From: Bacillota bacterium
GTDB taxonomy: Bacteria > Bacillota > Sulfobacillia > Fermentithermobacillales > Fermentithermobacillaceae
Assembly (NCBI GenBank): GCA_040766225.1
Contig: JAXGQX010000006.1
Location: forward strand, 1,876 to 65,875
Length of the DNA stretch: 64,000 nucleotides
Direction: 5' to 3'
Part shown: one piece after another, positions 57,803 to 64,000 of the stretch
Layout: each line of letters starts with the position of its first letter
Position numbering within the stretch: the stretch's first letter is position 1
Translations under genes and position numbers: made by a program
The notes under the pieces: model-generated
Databases searched by the model: none
What the model saw: the letters and a program-made list of their open reading frames with translations, nothing else
Told to the model about the DNA's origin: nothing

Positions 57803-58797
57803 TGTCTCCTCCCTTTCAAAGACACGTCTTCCCCTGGTTTCTCCATGTCGCGGCGGGCTCTGGGATGGCTCTTGAGATACACTTCTTTAAGCCTGTCCGG
57901 CTGTACATGCGTGTATATCTGGGTGGTCCTGATGCTTTGATGCCCCAGCATATCTTGGACCGATCTCAAGTCCGCTCCCCCGGATAGGAGGTGGGTCGCG
58001 AAGGAATGCCTTAAGGTATGTGGAGAACAGCGCGACGGGTCAATCCCACATGCGCGGAGGTTCTCCTCGACGACTCGCCTCAAGGACCTGACCGACAGAC
58101 GACCGCCTCTTACGTTTAGGAACAACGGTTTCCTAGGGGTGCTCCCTTTTGGGCTCCCGTCCGACTTCCCAAGGAAAAACGGCCTGCCTAACTCTAGGTA
58201 ATCGCCCAAGGCTTGGATAGCCTGGGACCCAACTGGAACAAGCCTTTCCTTGTTTCCTTTTCCTAATACACGAACGAACCCGTCCGAATAGTCGATGTCT
58301 CCTATGTTGAGTCTCCACAGTTCGGATATGCGCAATCCGGCCCCGTAGAACATCTCAAGTATCGCCAAGTCACGCTTGCCCGCCGGCGTATTCCGGTCCG
58401 GCGCTTCTAGAAGCGACTCTACCTCCGCTTTCGAAAGAACCTTTGGCAACTTCTGCTCAAGCCGCCTTGGGGCAAGGTCTTTTATGGGGCTCTCCGAAAG
58501 CTCTTTTCGTCCGCAAAGGAAACGGACGAAACTGCGCAAGCACGATGCTTTCCGAGCAATAGACGTCTTGCGATAGCGGGCTTTTGAGAGGTGTTGGATG
58601 AATAGCCGTATGCTATCCCCGCTTACGAGGTCTGGAGACAGTTCCCGGTCCTCCGGTAGACCGGCTTCAGCTCTCAAGAAGTCGAAGAACTGCTGAAGAT
58701 CATTGGCGTATGCTTCTTGCGTATTGGGACTCTGGGTCTTTGACACTCCGACTTCTGCCAAAAACTCATCGCGGCACTCCAGTAGAGACCTGCCCAC
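57799..58797 (-). CDS. xerC: tyrosine recombinase XerC (CodV-like)
   Basis: Intact 332-aa ORF with catalytic motifs ARLR-type [28 protein letters not shown]. It occupies the conserved xerC-hslVU-codY context. Confidence 0.9.
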   Translation of the reverse strand: MGRSLLECRDEFLAEVGVSKTQSPNTQEAYANDLQQFFDFLRAEAGLPEDRELSPDLVSGDSIRLFIQHLSKARYRKTSIARKASCLRSFVRFLCGRKELSESPIKDLAPRRLEQKLPKVLSKAEVESLLEAPDRNTPAGKRDLAILEMFYGAGLRISELWRLNIGDIDYSDGFVRVLGKGNKERLVPVGSQAIQALGDYLELGRPFFLGKSDGSPKGSTPRKPLFLNVRGGRLSVRSLRRVVEENLRACGIDPSRCSPHTLRHSFATHLLSGGADLRSVQDMLGHQSIRTTQIYTHVQPDRLKEVYLKSHPRARRDMEKPGEDVSLKGRRQ

Positions 58798-58898
58798 GGA
58801 AACACCTTCTCATCATCACTTGAACTGCTGTGAACGGGTGCACAAGCCTCATTCGGCTTATCTTAACATTGTGATGACTAGAGTGGCAACCTCCATTC

Positions 58899-60981
58899 TC
58901 AGTTTTCTTTGAGTTTTTGGGCTTTATAATTGCAGTCCGGGTTGGCACAATTCTGTTCATTCTTCGTGCCCACCTCCACTAGAAACGAACCGCACTGTGG
59001 GCATTTTGATTCTGGAACCGGACGGTTCCAGGTCACGAAGTCGCACTTCGGGTACCCCTGGCATCCGTAGAAGACCCTACCCCGTTTGCTGCGGCGGACC
59101 ACCATGTCTTCACCGCATTTCGGACACTTGACTCCCGCCTTCTCCAAGAGAGGTTTCGTGTTCTTGCATTCCGGGTAACCGGAGCAGGCTATGAACCTCC
59201 CGAAGCGGCCTCTCTTTATGACCATGGGCCGGCCGCACTTTTCGCAGTCCTCTCCGGCGGGCTCCGATTGCACTTCGACGCGCTCCACTTCCTTCAACCC
59301 TCTTAACCTGCTCGGAAATGGGCTCCCAGAACTCTTGGACCACCGAGTTCCAGCCGATGGCGCCGTCTTCCACCGAGTCCAGTTTGCGCTCCATCTCGGC
59401 CGTGAACTTCAGGTCTACCACGGCCGGGAAGTTCTCCACCAGTAGACCGTCCACAAGGAACCCTAACTCCGTCGGGTAGACGTGTTTCCCTTCTTTGGCT
59501 ATGTACTCTCGAAGGGACAAGGTCGCGATGGTTGGGGCATAGGTGGAAGGACGTCCTATGCCGTTTTCCTCCAGGGCCTTTACCAAGGAAGCTTCGGTGT
59601 ATCTGGGTGGAGGCTCCGTGAAGTGCTGGACCGGGTCGAGTTTCAACGGCTTAAGGGTCTCGCCTTCGGATAGAGGGATGATCTCTTTGTCTTCTTCTGT
59701 CGGGGAGTCCGATCCCTCCTGGTAGACTCTTGTGAAACCCGCGAACCTGAGGCGAGAGCCGCTAGCCCTGAAGGTGTGCCCGGCACAGTCCAGTTCGGCG
59801 CTCACAGTGTCGTATATCGCGGGAGCCATCTGACTTGCCACGAACCGCTCCCAAATCAGTTTGTACAGGCGATATTGGTCCTTCCCCAGGAATGGTTTTA
59901 CCTCCGAAGGAGTCCGCAATATGCTGGACGGACGGACCGCCTCGTGAGCTCCCTGTTCTCCTGGCCTCTCCCTTTCCTTTCTCTGAGACCCTGAGTAGTC
60001 GGGTCCGAAGACGCCGGTGATGTACGACTTGGCTTCGCTCTGCTGCGCTACTTCTGAGACCTTGGTCGAGTCAGTCCTCATGTAGGTGATTGAGCCGTAT
60101 ACCTGCCTTGCCCAGTTCTACCCCTTCATAGAGCATTTGAGCCAACGACATGGTCTTCTTGACTGCGAAACCAAGCTTGCGCGAGGCTTCCTGCTGAAGA
60201 GTAGATGTGGTAAAGGGCGGAGGCGCTATCTTTCGCGCTGCTTGGGCGTCACGGACTTGACCAGGAAGTCCTTGCCGGTGATATCCCTTACGATAGCGTC
60301 GCACGCGGACTTGTCTTTGATCTCCGGCCTTCTTCCCCGTTCTCTCCAAAGTAACGGGCTTTCTCACCCGCGTCGCCCTTTAGGTACGCGTCCAAGGTCC
60401 AGTACTCTTCGGGCTTGAAAGCCCTGATTTCGTTCTCTCTTTCCACCACGATCCGAAGAGCGACTGACTGCACCCTGCCCGCCGACAGGCCCCTCCTCAC
60501 TTTGTGCCACAAAGAGGAGCTTGAGCTGTAGCCCACCAGCCGGTCGATAACGCGGCGCGCTTGTTGGGCGTCCACGAGTCTCAGGTTAAGGGGCATAGGA
60601 TGGGCAAAGGCTTATTTGACGGCCCCTTCAGTGATCTCGTGAAAGGTCACCCTTTTCGCGTTCTCCGGTTCTATGCCGAGAATGGAACAAAGGTGCCACG
60701 ATATCGCCTCTCCTTCCCTGTCAGGGTCGGTGGCCAGGTACACCGAGCTCGCCTTCTTGGCCGCTTCCTTAGTTCTTTGATTACTTCGCCTTTTCCCCGA
60801 ATGTTGATGTATTTGGGCGAAAAACCGTTCTCCACATCCACCCCAAGCTGGCTCTTGGGTAGGTCTCTTCAAAGCGTTGAAGACGCCTTTACTTGGTACC
60901 TGGACTTCATAAAGCGGGATATGGTCTTCGCTTTGGTTGGCGGCCCTCAACTATTATGAGGGGACGTTTGGTTTCGGCCAT
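58899..60981 (-). CDS. topA: DNA topoisomerase I (>=4 frame changes)
   Basis: ATG 60981 gives [12 protein letters not shown]... (Toprim). The pieces are ORFs 60612-60950 ([16 protein letters not shown]), 60288-60596, 60071-60367, 59110-60081 (core with GRPSTYA) and 58899-59297 (three to four CxxC zinc-ribbon repeats). Confidence 0.9.
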
Positions 60982-61895
60982 CTACTTATGCCGCTCCTTC
61001 GCTTCCGGCAGGATTTCCGCGTGGCGCTCCTTTAGCATGTACTTGCCTCCCGGGATCCTTTTCAATGCTCCTTTGACTTCCAGGGACGATAACACCGACA
61101 TAAGCCTCCCCGCCGAGAGGAGGGTATCCGAGTGTGCCTCTTCCACGCTAAGAGCCTCCGCCCGCTATTTCCTCTAGAGTAAGACTCCTCCAACGTTAAG
61201 GAAGGGACCGGCGCAGAGACAGCCTCGGGTATGTACTCGGTCTCTTGCCGGAGAAAGGATAGCACATCACGGGCACAGGATACCAGATAGGCTCCGTCCT
61301 GTATGAGCCGGTTTGAGCCCTGGCTCACTCGTGACCTAACGCTCCCGGGCACGGCCATCACGGGCCTGCCGTGCTTAGCCGCCCAATCCGCGGTGATAAG
61401 CGCGCCCGACTTTTCTCCAGCCTCAACTACCAGGACACCTAAGGAAAGCCCGGAGATGATCCGGTTTCTTGCCGGGAAGTGCCACGGCAAAGGCTCCGAG
61501 CCCCAAGGGTATTCCGAAACCAGCGCTCCGCTCTTGGGAATCTCCGAAAAAAGGAGACGGTTTGCCCTGGGGTAGACTACATCTATCCCCGCTCCCAGGC
61601 AAGCGATTGTCCTGCCTCCCGACTCCAGCGCGCCTCGATGAGACGCGGCGTCTATGCCTTCCGCCAGCCCGGAAACTATGGTCACGCCTGCCTTGGCAAG
61701 GTCTGAGGCTATCTCGTACGCTACTTCCCTTCCCACAGGCGTGGCCCGGCGAGTGCCGACTATGGCTACGGCAATCCTGTCAGTCGGAAGGATTTCCCCG
61801 GCACAGAACAAGGGCGGCGGGTGGGGCACCGCCCTGAGGTTCTCCGGATAAGCGGGATTATCCGCTGTGAGTACCGCCCCGCGAATCGTGTCCAC
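60982..61895 (-). CDS. dprA: DNA processing protein DprA (short form; frame change near the C-terminus; start uncertain)
   Basis: ORF 61062-62012 holds the Rossmann-like core (IAVAIVGTRRATPVGREVAYEIA...GLAEGIDAASHRGALE...FPARNRIISGLS). The C-terminal winged helix (SSLEVKGALKRIPGGKYMLKE...HK*) is in another frame and ends at TAG 60982-60984, abutting the topA ATG. The likely start is GTG 61895 (GGAGGG 8 nt upstream). Confidence 0.8.
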
Positions 61896-61985
61896 CGGTA
61901 GAACCCTCCCAATTCCTGACAATCCGACATGAATATACCACTTTCTTGGATCAAAAGAAAGGCTTGTCGGGAATAACGGAGGGGC

Positions 61986-63807
61986 ATGATCAACTCTAGA
62001 ACCGAGGTGCAAGGTGAGAACGTGAGGCTAAGTAACCCCTGGAAACGTCTGGTTTCGCTCATAACTCCCGCTCGAGGAAAGCACGAGCGCTTGCCGTTTT
62101 CTCTAGGCGGCAGGCCCATACACGGGAAGAATCCGCCGGTCAAGAAGATTGCTCCTTCCGACGGGACGGAGATACCCAAGAAGGTCAAGGATTCTATGAG
62201 CCTTCTGAAGCAGGTCTTCCATATCCCTTACACTTCTGACGTTGTATTCCGGGAGATCGCTTGCGCCAGGCCGTCGGTCAAGGTCGTTGTCGCCTACATT
62301 GAGGGGCTGGCCGACTCCTCAAAAGTGCAATCTTCGGTCCTGGAGCCTCTCCTTTTGCTTTCGTCCATTCGGGACTACAACGCGAAAGATCCCGTGGACT
62401 ACTTGAAAGACGCGCTCTTGGCAAGCGGCCAGGTGGAAGAGAAGCAGACGGTAGAAGAGTTGGTAGAGGGCATGATTAGCGGGGACACCGTCGTCCTCCT
62501 GGACGGGCGCGAGGTCGCCCTCACAGTTGAGACCAAGGGGTGGGAGCACCGGACGGTCGGTGAATCGTTAAGCGAGCGGATAGTCAGGGGCCCCCAACAA
62601 GGTTTTGTTGAAGTCATGAGGATCAACACGGCCATCATCAGGTCCATCCTCCAATCGCCCGACTTGGTGGTAGAGAACGTGGACCTTGGTGTTACTTCGC
62701 TCAACCGCTGCGCGCTTTTATACATGAAAAACATCGCCAACGACAAAGCCGTCGCCGAGCTGAGACGCCGGCTGAAGTCTCTTTACGTTTCAGAGATCCT
62801 GACCAGCGGTGTGTTGGAGCAGTTGATAGAGACACGAAAGGCCCTGATCCCGACCATCCTAAGCACGGAACGTCCGGACCGGGTGGCCCGTTTCCTTATG
62901 CAGGGCTCCTGCGCCGTCATAGTTGCGGGCGACCCCTTTGTCCTGGTGCTGCCCGTGAACGTCTTGGCGTTCATCCACAGCCCCGAAAGACGAGTACGTT
63001 AGGTGGCCTTACGGCAACCTTTTGAGGCTGATCCGGTACCTATCGCTGCTGTTGGTGGTGTTCCTGCCGGGGGTGTATATCGCCATCGTGGACTACCACG
63101 CCGAGATGATACCTACCCAGTTGCTTATGGCCATCGCCGCCAGCAGAGAGCCCATACCCTTCCCCATTTATCTCGAAGTAGTGGTGATGTACTTCGGTTT
63201 TGAGTTGATCCGTGAGGCGGGCATACGCATCCCTTCCCCAATTGGCCCCACTATAGGCATAGTGGGAGCTCTGTTGATCGGCGACGCGGCGGTGTCGGCC
63301 AACCTAGTCAGCCCGATCATGGTCATAGTAATAGCGATCACCGCCGTCGCCTCCTTCGCGGTGCCCAGCCAAGGGCTTGCCATGTTCACGCGCGTAGCTA
63401 CCCTTCTGTTCATCTTGGCAGGCAGTTTCGCCGGGCTCTTGGGGGTGGTAGCCCTGACTTACTTCTTGGTCTGCCACATGGCGTCCCTCTCGTCCTTAGG
63501 GGTCCCTCTGCTCGCTCCATTCGCTCCCGTCTGGAAAACCTCTTTTTCATCCCTCTGGCAGCCGTCGGCCCAGGATGCCAGGCGAAGGCAGACGTTCGCT
63601 AGACCCAAAGACACGTTCAGGGCGCCAAAGGAGCCGAGGTTGTGGGACATCGGCCAAACGTTGTCGCCGAAGCTCAGGTCCATGGTCTTGGATGAGAAGC
63701 GCAAGGCGTCGGACCCTGACAAGAAGGGAGGCCTTGGCGAAAACAGTGAACAAGGGAAAGGCGAAAAAGGAAAAAGGCAAGGACAACGAAAGCCCGGATG
63801 GAGGTGA
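61986..63807 (+). CDS. spore germination protein, GerA/GerKA (A subunit) family (one frame change near 63000; start uncertain)
   Basis: ORFs 61986-63002 (soluble N-domain: VVVAYIEGLADSSKVQSSVLEPLL) and 63022-63807 (membrane domain: YHAEMIPTQLLMAIAASREPIPFPIYLEVVVMYFGFELIREAGIRIP). They join through SPEDEYVRWPYGNLLRLIRYL after a shift in gaaaga. Confidence 0.85.
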
Positions 63808-64000
63808 GTCCCAAGTCGTCCAACTGGGACATCTCGACGGCAAAGAGCTGAGTACTATAACGGCTTTCCTCTTGGGAGCCAAGGTCTTTCTTATGACGCC
63901 GTCCATTCTTGCGGACAGGGTGGGCACTTCCGCTTGGCTCACCGCCCTAATTGCCACGCCCCTTGCCCTCTTAGGTTTAGTGGGCTGGCTAAAGTGGTCG
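63798..64000 (+). CDS. spore germination protein, GerAB (amino-acid-permease-like B subunit), 5' fragment running off the window; early frame change
   Basis: ATG 63798 overlaps the A-subunit stop. After a shift the open frame reads ...GKELSTITAFLLGAKVFLMTPSILADRVGTSAWLTALIATPLALLGLVGWLKWS, which is typical of a GerAB N-terminus. Confidence 0.6.

Noticed and set aside
57799-58797. The tyrosine recombinase as a marker of an integrated mobile element.
   Set aside because: It sits in the conserved housekeeping context topA-xerC-hslV-hslU-codY (CodV of B. subtilis), it overlaps hslV by 4 nt, and no other mobile-element genes or flanking repeats are present.

Overview
GC-rich chromosomal segment from a flagellated, endospore-forming Firmicute (PolC, GerA-type germination genes, YtvI and CodY are present; no genus can be assigned from sequence alone). 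From ~20.9 kb to ~61.9 kb every gene is on the minus strand. Read right to left, they follow the classical Bacillus/Clostridium core synteny in three blocks. Block 1: dprA-topA-xerC-hslV-hslU-codY. Block 2, the flagellar operon: flgB-flgC-fliE-fliF-fliG-fliH-fliI-fliJ-fliK-flgD-(TIGR02530-like orf)-flgE-motA-motB-fliL-fliM-fliN-fliO/P-fliQ-fliR-flhB-flhA-pilZ-fliA-fapA-orf102. Block 3: rpsB-tsf-pyrH-frr-uppS-cdsA-ytvI-dxr-rseP-ispG-polC. A divergent gerA operon starts at ~62 kb. The left 20 kb is more accessory: decayed yfcC and lysR genes, tRNA-Leu(GAG), three repeat arrays around a two-domain GNAT gene, trkA-trkH, a broken GGDEF gene, a DRG-like GTPase, a NIF3-patatin-MFS-aldehyde:ferredoxin oxidoreductase run, a histidine phosphatase, a PBP5-type carboxypeptidase, DUF523, an ABC pair, tRNA-Leu(CAG) and an ECF S component. 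Major caveat: about two dozen genes are interrupted by 1-nt frame changes plus two in-frame TAG codons, and these include essential genes (polC, topA, tsf, dxr, ispG). Several breaks map to homopolymer runs, so I read most of them as consensus or assembly errors, not biology. Disrupted genes are reported as single merged loci. I found no CRISPR array, prophage, defence island or clear novel multi-gene system. The most unusual items are: (i) four tandem ~91-95 bp hairpin-bearing repeats between the GNAT gene and tRNA-Leu(GAG); (ii) a PolC with no 3'-5' exonuclease insertion but an apparently complete PHP metal-ligand set; (iii) a DRG/TGS-type GTPase; (iv) an unexplained ~280 bp hairpin-rich spacer between two divergent promoters at ~20.1-20.4 kb; (v) a self-contained small-ORF transcription unit at ~9.2-9.45 kb. 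All promoter and terminator calls come from manual pattern reading and are tentative.
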